Numbered from the whole stretch's first letter, positions 37,284-49,964 are shown. The stretch: 63,645 nucleotides of DNA, filler included, from Octopus bimaculoides (GCF_001194135.2; 9 parts of 7 records of this genome joined end to end with filler, not necessarily neighbours in it), one strand, 5' to 3'. Notes: generated by a model from the sequence alone, not told the origin. Numbers and translations are program-made.

Positions 37284-37859
37284 ACTCTTTACTCTTTTAC
37301 TCATTTTCTTGTTTCAGTCATTTGACTGCGGCCATGCTGGAGCACCACCTTTAGTCGAGCAAATCGACCCCAGGACTTATTCTTTGTAAGCCTAGTACTT
37401 TTTGTATCAGTGTCTTTTGCCGAACCACTAAGTTACGGGGTCGTAAACACACCAGCATCGGTTGTCAAGCGTTATTGGGGGGACAAACACAGACACACAA
37501 ACATNNNNNNNNNNNNNNNNNNNNNNNNNNNNNNNNNNNNNNNNNNNNNNNNNNNNNNNNNNNNNNNNNNNNNNNNNNNNNNNNNNNNNNNNNNNNNNNN
37601 NNNNNNNNNNNNNNNNNNNNNNNNNNNNNNNNNNNNNNNNNNNNNNNNNNNNNNNNNNNNNNNNNNNNNNNNNNNNNNNNATATATATATATATACGACG
37701 AGCTTCTTTCAGTTTCCGTCTATCAAATCCACTCACAAGGCTTTGGTTGGCCCGAGGCTATAGTAGAAGACACTTGCCCAAGGTGCTACGCAGTGGGACT
37801 GAACCCGGAACTATGTGGTTGATAAGCGAGCTACTTACCTCATAGCCACTCCTGCGCCT
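37284..37859 (-). mobile_element. SINE family A, full length with gap at internal microsatellite
   Basis: Both halves present around the N gap 37505-37680. Confidence 0.92.
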
Positions 37860-38510
37860 CATGAAAGATTTTAACTATTTTTTAATACAATTCCTAAAAT
37901 TATTTAATTATAAAAGTATAATAGGATTTTTAAAACATTGAATGACTATGCGTGTCCAGTTGAGTAAAATAAGTATCGAAGGAGTTCATAGGTAGAAAAA
38001 ATGGTTAAGAAACACTCGTCCAGAGAAAGCATCTCGTATAGACATTTAGTGTTAAAAAGCAAAGAGATATCAATGACAGACGCGAAATGTCTAACAGCAG
38101 ATCTACGTCTTTACGAGTTATTTTCTCAAGACGTTTACTGCTCTTTTGTGACTTCCTTTTCGTATAACTACGTCAAGTATGACACACAGTGTGCAAGTAC
38201 GTTACTTATATCAGTCACCGATTGCATCGATCAGTCATCGATTGATCGATTGAAAAGTTTAGTTGTTCAAATCTTATTTTATGTCTGACTTATATGGAAA
38301 ACTTTTGGCCAAACAATTAAGTTGCGAGGACCGTGAGCAAATAGACACTGGCCGTCAAATGGCGACAGACGTACACAAAATGTATACATACACAAACCAA
38401 AACCACATGGATTCTGTTGTCCATTGCTGACGAAACGTGATCCGTATTTAATTTGCCCTTTTCCATTAAACATTTTCATATTCTATACACACACACACAC
38501 ACACACACAT

Positions 38511-38724
38511 TCCTTTATACTCTAGGCACAAGGCCCGAAATTTTTGAGGAGGGAGGCAGTCGATTAAATCGACCCCAGTACGCAACTGGTACTTAATTTA
38601 TCGACTCCGAAAGGATGAAAGACAAAGTCGACCTCGGCGGGATTTGAGCTCAGAAGTAAAGACAGACGAAATACCGCTAAGCATTTCGCTCGGCGTGCTA
38701 ACGATTCTGCCAGCTCGCCGCCTT
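38511..38724 (-). mobile_element. SINE family B (tail type 1), full length
   Basis: Head, core and CCTAGAGTATAAAGGAAT tail. Confidence 0.93.
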
Positions 38725-39015
38725 ACACATATATATATTAAACCAACAGTATATCTTCCCTTTAATTCTTGTTGTCATTTACATACTTCTCTCTGTATCT
38801 TTCCTTACCATTTATAAACGTTTTTCTCTTATTTCACCTGCCTCCCCCTCCTACCCCTTCCCTGTAAACTTACAAGTACATACACCAACAAACACCTCTA
38901 CTACTTCATACGCTCACCGTTGGTTTCTTTTTTATATGGTGCAATACTATTGTTCATTAATAAAGAACACGTCCGAAACAGCTGTAGTGACCCTCATCCC
39001 ATGTGTGTTATTGTT

Positions 39016-39115
<100 letters not shown>

Positions 39116-40068
39116 TGTCTGTCTGTCTGTCTGTGTGTATGTATGTATGTATGTATTGTTGCGCGAAGCAAGGATAGAAATTAAACAAACCTTTGGTAAA
39201 ATCAAATATATCTGGAACATATTTCAACTTGTAAAGGCTATTTCACTGCAGGTTAACACTTAGAAAAAAATGCATTTTCGGTTTAGGTGTAAGAAAAGCA
39301 TTATCGGCTTAAAGTACCCTGTGTGGACTCATAGATGCATTTCTAAGTTGTTAGCTGTCGTCAGTGCTAGAAAACAAGAGAGGAGACTCTAAACTGACTG
39401 GAAAGCTTTATTTAAAAAATCAGTAAAAACTATTTGCTAACAGACGCGCGTAGGCCGTCAGGCCGGGACAATACGCAAGTAGTTACGCGAAGAGTGATGG
39501 AAAATAAACAAATCTAATATCTATCTACCAATCTATATCAATATATCTATCTCTATAATAAATATTTTGGGCTAATAGGTGTAAGTCGATTAGTGTGCTT
39601 TAAATGTTGAGTAGAGTATCGGCATAGTTTGGGCTACCTGTCGTCATCCGCAGGACAGATCGAAACAAACGTTGTACAGAATAAAGTTTAATACCAAGTC
39701 CATCTTCTCGTTACTTAATTAATATATATATGTATATATANNNNNNNNNNNNNNNNNNNNNNNNNNNNNNNNNNNNNNNNNNNNNNNNNNNNNNNNNNNN
39801 NNNNNNNNNNNNNNNNNNNNNNNNNNNNNNNNNNNNNNNNNNNNNNNNNNNNNNNNNNNNNNNNNNNNNNNNNNNNNNNNNNNNNNNNNNNNNNNNNNNN
39901 NNNNNNNNNNNNNNNATTCGAAATTTTCTCTCTTCAGTCGAGATCCAGATTATCCTTGCAATTTCGGCTGGTTATTCTCGATATTGCTCCAATCTGGCCT
40001 GCCCAAAGGAAAAACTAAGCTAAGAGCATTAGATTCCTTGGAAGAAAGCAGCGAATGTATACAAAAAC

Positions 40069-40130
<62 letters not shown>

Positions 40131-40149
40131 TTAATAACTAATAACCAGG

Positions 40150-40285
40150 TATTAGAACCCGGTATTACAAATCCACTCACAAGATATTAATCAACCCGGT
40201 GTTATCGTAGAAGACATCTGTCCAAAGAGTCACGCAGTGAGACTGAAACCGACACCATTTTGTTGCGAAGCGATCTCCTTAACTA
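40150..40285 (-). mobile_element. SINE family A 5' half, old
   Basis: AAATCCACTCACAAG...GTAGAAGACA...CACGCAGTGAGACTGAA. Confidence 0.65.
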
Positions 40286-41085
40286 CACAGCATGCACCTC
40301 CGCACGTACCTAAAGTGTGAAACGCTTCTTTTTTTTTTTTTTTGCCATATTTTTATTTATATATTTTTCATTTTACTTTACTTCCGAAAGCTAATAAACT
40401 TCGTCAAAATTTCGCTAATATTTGAAATTATTGTAGAACAAAATAATGTATGTAGATAAAGCTTATGATCTGAGAATACATTAGTTCACTTAAGCAAAGA
40501 GCGCTAAAGACTAACGTTTCTCTTCCTCACAACAAAATAATTTATTCCACTTTGCAAATATTGCTATTTGCTGATGTTGAACATCAATAATTGCTTCAGA
40601 ACCTACTGTTTTAATCAAATATTCCAAGATTTGCATCTTTTCCGCCTTGATCCTACGCAAAAGTAATAACATGCAGCGAGTTGGCACGAAAGTGGTGACG
40701 TCTAAATGAATTTTGTATAGTACTTAATTTCTAACGCCTTTATTTCAAGGTTCGAATCTCACCAAGGCCACAATGTTCTTTTTCAAATGGATGGATGGAT
40801 GGATGTACGCAACTGAGTTAATATTTGTGACTGTGTTTTAGTTAAAGCAACGGTTTTAAGTCTGTCCAGAGTTACCTCTCTTCGGTATTTCCCATTCATA
40901 ACGGCTAAAGATATAAAACCACAACATCTGGGAATCCGACAAAGCGCAGCACTGGGGCAAGTATAGTGTTTTTACACCTTTTACCATGAGAGAGAATTTT
41001 TTATCCATGGTAACTGCAAGGAATTCGCTTTTAGAAGTTCAAATATGTCACAGACATACATTAACTAACCTAAAGTTCCCATATA

Positions 41086-41134
<49 letters not shown>

Positions 41135-41175
41135 GTGTGTGTTATTATATATATACATATATATATATATATATA

Positions 41176-41275
41176 NNNNNNNNNNNNNNNNNNNNNNNNN
41201 NNNNNNNNNNNNNNNNNNNTTAATTAATTAANNNNNNNNNNNNNNNNNNNNNNNNNNNNNNNNNNNNNNNNNNNN
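41176..41275. other. Artificial scaffold spacer
   Basis: Linker at 41220-41231 flanked by 44 N on each side. Confidence 0.97.
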
Positions 41276-41635
41276 GAAAGCCAGGTACAGAGGTTTATCC
41301 TTGGCTAGGTATTTCTCTTGCAACTGTCTCACTAGAAATAAGGCATCAGTAGTGCTTTTACCTGGCACGAACCCAAACTGCATCTCATCTAAATTGATTC
41401 GCTCCCTAATTAGTTGGGCTATGACCCTCTCTGTAACTTTCATAACCTGATCTAACAGCTTGATGCCTCTGTAATTATTTGTATCTAAAGCGTCCCCTTT
41501 ACCTTTGTAGCAGTTGACTATGATGCTGCTACACCAGTCATAGGGTATGACTCCTTCGTGTATCACCTGGTTCGTAATACGGGTGACTAGGCTATAGCCA
41601 ACACTGCCAGATATTTTGAGCATCTCTGCAGTGAT
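41276..41635 (-). mobile_element. RTE-clade LINE, RT N-terminal fragment, open frame
   Basis: ITAEMLKISG...WCSSIIVNCYKGKGDALDTNNYRGIKLLDQVMKVTERV...MQFGFVPGKSTTDALFLVRQLQEKY; cut by scaffold start. Confidence 0.95.
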
Positions 41636-42550
41636 AGAAACCGGGAAACTGGGCCCATGAGCCTGGCTAAGCTTTCAAAAAGGTGCATAAAAAGAAAAAA
41701 AATAAGGGGTAATAAAACAAGGTAAATTGTACTACAATAATGAAGATCTAATACTTCAAGAGAGATTATAAAGTTTCATAGTATATAAAAAGCAAAGAAG
41801 ATAAAACAGCTCCATACTGGTTACCTAGCAGCTGTTAATAGCGAGTATTTAGTTGTATTTCTGGCTTAGTTAATACAGGTGTAGTTAGTAAACTGTAGGT
41901 ATGATAATTCACTAACAGGATAAATGTAATTAGAAGTAATAAAATAATATACCAATGTACCAATATTGGTATTTATCTGTAGTTGCTGTATATGCATCTT
42001 AATTTTGACCCAACCCGGTGCCATACCATTTAAGTGTCTTATTCAGCTGAATCTTAATATATTATATAATATATATATATACACCCATATTGAATGGTGA
42101 GAATGAGTTAATATTGAACAGTGAGAACGAGTGCTAAACACTGCATTGGTGGGTAAATATTCTTTATTTGTGGCTTAACAAGTCAACTATTGGTTTCATT
42201 TAGAAGAAATCTCTCAACAATTATCAAGCCTTCCACATGGAAACATTGATACTCAAGTACCAGTGTTCCTATGTAGCAGGCTTCATAATCATTGAGAGAT
42301 TTCTCTCTACCTGAAACCACTGATAGCCTTGTTAATGCAAAAAAAATATGTATATATATATATTTATGTATATGTGTGGCCCCTGGTTTGTTTGCATCCT
42401 TGAAACTTAGCAGTACCATTGATTTTTAATGCCATAGATACTGGTGGAAAAGCCACCAACCTTAGGGACCTTTGCTGTTCAAATGCAGACCAGTAATATT
42501 AAATCATTCCCTGTCCAGTGTCACTATTGTAATTATTGTTTTCTAACTAA

Positions 42551-42802
<252 letters not shown>

Positions 42803-42832
42803 TAATTCTTTTTTCCTTTTAATTGTCTTATA

Positions 42833-43020
42833 TTGGTGGATGGCACTGTGTGGTTAACAAGTTTGCTTCTGAACCATAAACCATGTTGTTTCAAGTTCAG
42901 TTCCAAAACCACATGCAGGGCATTTTGAGTGGTAAATGTCTTCTCCTAAGGTCCTAGACCAATCAAAGCTTTGTGAATAGATTTTGGAGAAAGAGTCTGC
43001 AAGAAACCCATTGTGTATAC
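42833..43020 (+). mobile_element. SINE family A 5' half, old, in PI3K intron
   Basis: TGGCACTGTGTGGTT...GTTCAGTTCC...GTCTTCT...ACCAATCAAAGCTTTGTGAATAGATTTTGG. Confidence 0.7.
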
Positions 43021-43313
43021 GTGTGTGTGTGTGTGTGTGTGATCATCCTTACCATCATCATTTAATGTCTGTTTTCCATGTACACTATCTACAAGAGCCC
43101 GGATAATTTTGAATTTGTGACGATTTGTCTCACTATCCAAGCTGTCACACAAATGTCTTAAGCACACACCCATACCTGCTAATTGATATATATAACGAAT
43201 GTTACAATTATGTCTTAATGATCCAATGGTTAACACATTTGGATCTTAGTCAATTCACAGTGACCCTATGAACGACAGGAGATGCTTCAGGAACCCATGA
43301 GGTAACAGCTTAG

Positions 43314-43559
<246 letters not shown>

Positions 43560-44126
43560 TAAGTGATGTTTTGTTCTTTTCCTTGTTTCTATTTTCGTGA
43601 ACAAGTTTCTTTCTATATCATGTGGGCATGTTGTTTTGTCTATCTATTTGTCTACTTGTATACTTTTTCTCTTCTCCAACATGACAGCATGAGAAATAGA
43701 CGCAGTACAACTGTTACTGTGGTAGCTTTTTTAGATTAGCAATATTGTACATATTATTTTGGTTTTACATTAGGTAAACCATATTCCTTTCAGCTTTTCA
43801 ACTGGCCATGTTCAGCCTAAAATATTCTACCTGTTCTATGTTAAAACTGGCCAGATCTGGCTTTTCACACCTTCCTGACAGTGTCATTCAAAACATAAAC
43901 AATCACAGGATGGTAGCTTAAGCAGTGTTGTGTATAAACACAACATTATTGCAGGTACAAAAATATTCCCCCAAGCATATTCGAACCCAGAAAAAAAGTC
44001 AATCGCTGCCAGTCACTGTGTTTTGTTATAAAGAAAATTTCTTGTTGTGGACCATTTGTCAGTGAATGGCTTCCTTACGGGTTCCAATTTGTCCCAAGAA
44101 TATTTGAACTGGTAATAACCTTGTAT

Positions 44127-44490
44127 GGAGTGGGTGTGTGGTAAGTAGCTTGCTCACCAACCACATGGTTCTGGGTTCACTCCCACTGCGTAGCACCTTG
44201 GGCAGGTGTCTTCTACTATAATCTTGGGCCGACCAAAGCCTTGTGAGTGGATTTGGTAGATGGAAACTGAAAGAAGCCCGTTGTATATATATATATATGT
44301 GTGTCTGTGTTTGACCCCCACCATCGTTTGACAACCGATGCTGGTGTGTTTACATCCCCGTAACTTAGCGGTTCAGCAAAAAGAGAGCGATAGAATAAGC
44401 CAAAGAATAAATCCTGGGGTCAATTTGCTCGACTAAAGGCGGTGCTCCAGCATGGCTGCAGTCAAATGACTGAAACAAGTAAAAGAGTAA
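44127..44490 (+). mobile_element. SINE family A, full length, in PI3K intron
   Basis: Ungapped copy: A box, B box, CORE-like motif, (TA)n(GT)n, 3' module and tail. Confidence 0.95.
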
Positions 44491-44734
44491 TCACATCATT
44501 GAAATTTCAAATCTATGATATAATGCATGATTAGTTCAAAACAATGTGAATCAACATGTGTTACATTCACTAGTGTAGCTGGGGTTGGAGAGTGTGGGCA
44601 GTAGGGGGTGGAACTTTTAAAGGGGCACCACTTTTGGGTTTGCTGTAGGCAACGTGCTTTTTGTGGGGTCCAGGGGCAGCACACACTGTAGCTACGCTAG
44701 TAGTTACATTTGAGAAAGTAATCTGAATGTTTAA

Positions 44735-45119
44735 GGGTTGTTGGCACTCCGTCGCTTCCGACGTCGAGGGAGGGTTCCAGTTGATCCGATCAATGGAACA
44801 GCCTGCTCGTGAAATTAACGTGCAAGTGGCTGAGCACTCCACAGACACGTGTACCCTCAAAGTAGTTCTCGGGGATATTCAGCATGACACTGTGACAAGG
44901 CTGACCCTTTGAATTACAGGCACAACAGAAACAGGAAGTAAGAGTGAGAGAAAGTTGTGGTGAAAGAGTAGAGCAGAGTTCGCCACCATTCCCTGCCGGA
45001 GCCTTGTGAAGCTTTAGGTGTTTTCGCTCAATAAACACTCACAACACCCGGTCTGGGAATCGAAACTGCGATCCTATGACCGCAAGTCCGCTGCCCTAAC
45101 CACTAGGCCATTGCACCTC
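44735..45119 (-). mobile_element. SINE family C, full length, in PI3K intron
   Basis: tRNA head GGTGCAATGGCCTAGTGGTTAGGGCAGCGG...GTTTCGATTCCCAG; close match to 63369-63645. Confidence 0.93.
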
Positions 45120-45209
45120 CACATGCCATTTATATTTTGACAAGAAATCATCATTCAAACTGCTAAAACATTCATCCTAAAAGTATTTTTGTTGTTGTTG
45201 TCTTCGCAG

Positions 45210-45244
45210 GTTTGAAGAGAATTGCCAATTAGCCTATATGATTC
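45210..45244 (+). CDS. PIK3CA/PIK3CB-like: Class I PI3-kinase catalytic subunit, next exon (cut by N gap)
   Basis: TCTTCGCAG acceptor; phase 2 completes K, then FEENCQLAYMI, matching the p110 F..xC..AY.ILR helix; runs into the gap at 45245. Confidence 0.8.
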
Positions 45245-45980
45245 NNNNNNNNNNNNNNNNNNNNNNNNNNNNNNNNNNNNNNNNNNNNNNNNNNNNNNNN
45301 NNNNNNNNNNNNNNNNNNNNNNNNNNNNNNNNNNNNNNNNNNNNNNNNNNNNNNNNNNNNNNNNNNNNNNNNNNNNNNNNNNNNNNNNNNNNNNNNNNNN
45401 NNNNNNNNNNNNNNNNNNNNNNNNNNNNNNNNNNNNNNNNNNNNNNNNNNNNNNNNNNNNNNNNNNNNNNNNNNNNNNNNNNNNNNNNNNNNNNNNNNNN
45501 NNNNNNNNNNNNNNNNNNNNNNNNNNNNNNNNNNNNNNNNNNNNNNNNNNNNNNNNNNNNNNNNNNNNNNNNNNNNNNNNNNNNNNNNNNNNNNNNNNNN
45601 NNNNNNNNNNNNNNNNNNNNNNNNNNNNNNNNNNNNNNNNNNNNNNNNNNNNNNNNNNNNNNNNNNNNNNNNNNNNNNNNNNNNNNNNNNNNNNNNNNNN
45701 NNNNNNNNNNNNNNNNNNNNNNNNNNNNNNNNNNNNNNNNNNNNNNNNNNNNNNNNNNNNNNNNNNNNNNNNNNNNNNNNNNNNNNNNNNNNNNNNNNNN
45801 NNNNNNNNNNNNNNNNNNNNNNNNNNNNNNNNNNNNNNNNNNCTGAAAGTGAACAAATGTCTTATTTTTTTAACTTCTCTGACCCCTAATAAATCCACGT
45901 CCAAAAATTCCATGTTTATACATATATACATGCATATATATATATATATATATAACAAAATAATTAATAAAGATGAATAT

Positions 45981-46260
45981 ATGCATGGCCTAGTGGTTAA
46001 GTTTTTGCACTTGCAGTCACAAGGTTGGGGTTTCATTTCCTGCATTGAGGCAATGCATTGTGTTCTTGAGCAAAACACTTCATTTCACGTTGCTCTGCAA
46101 TCGCTTTGACATCTAACATGTAGTGCATTCGTGCACCAGTACAAGCAATGTCCATTTGATGGCTGGAGGGAGTGAGCTAATGCACAACACAAACATTTGA
46201 TTACTACAAACAAATTATCTATGCAGGTTGTTGGCAAGAAATTACAGAACCCTCATCTGT
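45981..46260 (+). mobile_element. Old tRNA-derived SINE (family D-like)
   Basis: GCATGGCCTAGTGGTTAAG A box and GTGTTCTTGAGCAAAACACTT CORE-like motif. Confidence 0.65.
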
Positions 46261-46319
46261 TGTCTATGAGAGGCCCTAACACACACACACATAAATAAAG
46301 TATCTTGTTTGTGACAAAA

Positions 46320-46632
46320 TAACTAGAGGTAGTCGATAGCTTCCGCTATCTGGGCGACCAAGTTAGTAGTGGGGGTGGGTGCGCTGAAAGTGTAGCTGCT
46401 AGAATAAGAATAGCCTGGGCAAAGTTTAGAGAGCTCTTACCCCTGCTGGCGACAAAGGGACTCTCACTCAGAGTAAAAGGCAGACTGTATGACGCATGCA
46501 TACGAACAGCCATGCTACATGGCAGTGAAACATGGGCTGTAACTGCTGAGGACATACGTAAGCTCGCAAGGAATGAAGCCAGTATGCTCCGTTGGATGTG
46601 TAATGTCAATGTGAATACCCGTCAGAGTGTAA
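46320..46632 (+). mobile_element. RTE-clade LINE, RT C-terminal fragment, open frame
   Basis: LEVVDSFRYLGD...ARIRIAWAKFRELLPLL...KGRLYDACIRTAMLHGSETWA...RNEASMLRWMC; runs into gap. Confidence 0.95.
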
Positions 46633-48109
46633 NNNNNNNNNNNNNNNNNNNNNNNNNNNNNNNNNNNNNNNNNNNNNNNNNNNNNNNNNNNNNNNNNNNN
46701 NNNNNNNNNNNNNNNNNNNNNNNNNNNNNNNNNNNNNNNNNNNNNNNNNNNNNNNNNNNNNNNNNNNNNNNNNNNNNNNNNNNNNNNNNNNNNNNNNNNN
46801 NNNNNNNNNNNNNNNNNNNNNNNNNNNNNNNNNNNNNNNNNNNNNNNNNNNNNNNNNNNNNNNNNNNNNNNNNNNNNNNNNNNNNNNNNNNNNNNNNNNN
46901 NNNNNNNNNNNNNNNNNNNNNNNNNNNNNNNNNNNNNNNNNNNNNNNNNNNNNNNNNNNNNNNNNNNNNNNNNNNNNNNNNNNNNNNNNNNNNNNNNNNN
47001 NNNNNNNNNNNNNNNNNNNNNNNNNNNNNNNNNNNNNNNNNNNNNNNNNNNNNNNNNNNNNNNNNNNNNNNNNNNNNNNNNNNNNNNNNNNNNNNNNNNN
47101 NNNNNNNNNNNNNNNNNNNNNNNNNNNNNNNNNNNNNNNNNNNNNNNNNNNNNNNNNNNNNNNNNNNNNNNNNNNNNNNNNNNNNNNNNNNNNNNNNNNN
47201 NNNNNNNNNTTAAAGGAGCGATAAGAATTTTTGAATAAAGGAAAATGGGTAGGTACCATCAGCGAGGAGATAGGGCTCTTAATCGTAGATTTTAAATATT
47301 TGAGAGACAACAATGCATAAATCGTAATTTTTAAAAGAGCAATGAAATCTAGGTGAATAGAATATATAAATAGCATGAATTTAGAAAGCTTAGAAAATGA
47401 ATAAGTATGAATTTAAGACAAAAACTGAATTCAATTGAATTTCATGGAGAGAAACAAGATGAATAATAGAGGGCAGACTAAAGCGCGAAAGGTATGAGAT
47501 GTTTGAGGCCGTAAATAAATAAAAATCTCTATCTTATCTGCATCTTGGAGACTTTGTTGTAGTAGATGATTTGTAAATGTCGAAAGCTGAGATTAACTGA
47601 TGAAGGGTTCATATCTCATTCACCTAATGTGATTAAACTAAATATCAATCTAACAAGGATTCCTTACCCATCTCTCAGTTGCATTAAAAACCATTCTATG
47701 CCTTGACTCATGTTTTATGGTAGGCCAGTCATTGTCATAAAAGTTCCTTTAGGGCTTTAGGGGAAGCATTTTATTTTCAACAACATCAACTGAAGCTAAA
47801 CTAACACTAACTCTTAAAACTCCTTTAGTTTTTAGGCAATGCATTATATCTTGCAACAACCTCAATTGCTACAGAAAATTTCTTATTACCTTCTCTTCAG
47901 GTGTCAGGTATTAGCAATCAAGCACCCCCATGCTCTCTGGTACACACGCAACTTAGCACATTTACTGGGCTGGTTTTTCTGAAGGTAGCGACATTGAAGA
48001 TCATTTCTCTCTCTGTGTCTCCTGGTTTCTTTCAGATTTTTTTGGTTTTCACAAAATACTCAAGGCTTTTTCCTATCAAATAGTGTCCAATAAATTTAGC
48101 ATGTTGACT

Positions 48110-48275
48110 AGGTACAGGTGTGGTAAGAAGTTAGCTTCTCAACAACATAATTTCAGGTTCAGTTCCAATGTGTGGCATCTTGGGAAAATATCTTCTACTA
48201 TAGCCCTGGTCTAACCAAAGCCTTGTGAGTGGATTTGGTAGATGGAAACTGAAAGAAGCTGCTTTCATATATATA
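48110..48275 (+). mobile_element. SINE family A 5' half
   Basis: Head to GAAAGAAGC, then TA run. Confidence 0.85.
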
Positions 48276-48300
48276 TGTAAGGATAAGCAAGTCAATATAC

Positions 48301-48615
48301 AAACAATATTAAATAGAATTAATTAAAAAATGTACATATGTTTACATATAAAAAGGTCATTCCAGCTTTAATCTCCTTTTTGTCAACACCACAAATGTAA
48401 AATTCTTCCCTGAAGACGGAGGCTGGTATTATCCGATGATGAAATCAATTTACAATCATTATTTTGGACCACCACACCCCCAGAAACAGTTGTTGGACTT
48501 GTAAAACTCTTATTCAAACCCTTAATTCCTGATATCATTTCTGTTCTATTCAAGTCAGACCTTTTTATATGTAAACATATGTACATTTTTTGTATTAAAT
48601 GTATTTAATAGTTTT
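48301..48615. mobile_element. MITE-like element
   Basis: Perfect 34-bp inverted repeat at 48325-48358 / 48558-48591, extending imperfectly outward; 199-bp interior. Confidence 0.75.
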
Positions 48616-48642
48616 TGTATATCATCCTCGCCAGAAATAAGA

Positions 48643-49089
48643 CATCCTCGCCAGAAATAGGGAAAGAGGGTGGCTTATAAATGCCAAAACCTACCCTGGT
48701 GAAGAATGTACCCCACAACATAGATTAGTAGTTAGCGACTTTGGGATCAAGGCAAAATGGGTGCCCAGAACTAGACCGCCTTGGAGGAGAAGGGTGTGGA
48801 AGCTTAAAGACCCTGCAAATGGACAGAGACTTAGAGACAAGTTACTTGAAGCATTTAACGAAATAGAAGGGGATATAGCATCATACAACGTGGAAGACAA
48901 TTGGAGATTTCTGCGGGACAACCTGTTGAAAGCCACCGACCAGATTTGTGGGTGGTGTAAGGTCCCCTCCCAACCCAGAGTAACGTGGTGGTGGAACAAG
49001 GAGGTAGACAGGGCTATTAGACAAAAGAAACAGGCTTGGAAGGACTGCAAGAACGGTGGTAGCAGGGAATTGTACCAATGTGCCAGAAG
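48643..49089 (+). mobile_element. RTE-clade LINE, endonuclease end and linker, open frame
   Basis: ILARNRERGWLINAKTYPGEECTPQHRLVVSDF...VWKLKD...TWWWNKEVDRAIRQKK; cut by scaffold end. Confidence 0.93.
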
Positions 49090-49189
49090 NNNNNNNNNNN
49101 NNNNNNNNNNNNNNNNNNNNNNNNNNNNNNNNNTTAATTAATTAANNNNNNNNNNNNNNNNNNNNNNNNNNNNNNNNNNNNNNNNNNNN
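49090..49189. other. Artificial scaffold spacer
   Basis: Linker at 49134-49145 flanked by 44 N on each side. Confidence 0.97.
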
Positions 49190-49365
49190 ATTTATATAGT
49201 CTTTTGTTAAATTATTTCATTGCACTCTTGCAATCTCTTCAGTAACTTGTCTCTCCACTTCCATTTATTTTGAATATACATTCAAAATAAATGGAAGTGG
49301 AGAGACAAGTTACTGAAGAGATTGCAAGAGTGCAATGAAATAATTTAACAAAAGACTATATAAAT
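49190..49365. repeat. Perfect 86-bp inverted repeat with 4-nt loop at scaffold edge
   Basis: 49190-49275 is the exact reverse complement of 49280-49365. Confidence 0.95.
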
Positions 49366-49538
49366 TAATAAAGGACTGAACCAGTGCGTGTGTTTATTAC
49401 CGGCATAATGCCTCTCCCAAGGTTTAATTGTATATATATGCATGTATGTATGAATACATACAGACAGACAGAAAGATGCGTAAAACACACACACAGATAA
49501 ATGCTATATATGTATGTATATGTAGATGTATGTATGAC

Positions 49539-49570
<32 letters not shown>

Positions 49571-49964
49571 TCTTAGTTTATTGAAACTGAAACATATTTA
49601 TTTGAGTGAGAAAGAGTTTTGAGTGCAAAAAAAGAAAATGTCCCTAATACGTACAGATTTCATTAGCCTCATCAAAGCTCTAACTTCGTTCCTTTTGTTA
49701 CTTCGGCATCGTTGTTACTTTAACACTTTAAGAACGGAAACTTGGACGAATTCATATATTTATATTCTTTTGCTCAAAAATTTATTAATAATGTACGAAT
49801 CATAGTGAAGGTTTCCACGGAAGATGTTTTAATACATTTTTCTATCTGTTTGTATTCGTTTAAATTTTATTTATCTCGATTGTCATTCCTTCATTTATTC
49901 GTTTACCTTTTAACCGTATGGCGTAAGTTGTTTAATTCTAATTCTTTTTTCTTCTTTCCCACGG

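Noticed and set aside
39325-39370. Minus-strand CTGACGA...GAAATGCATC hammerhead-like motif
   Set aside because: Stems I and II do not pair convincingly.
48405-48450. CTGAAGA-CGGA...TCCG hammerhead-like start
   Set aside because: GAAA is not adjacent to stem II, and there is no stem III or cleavage triplet.
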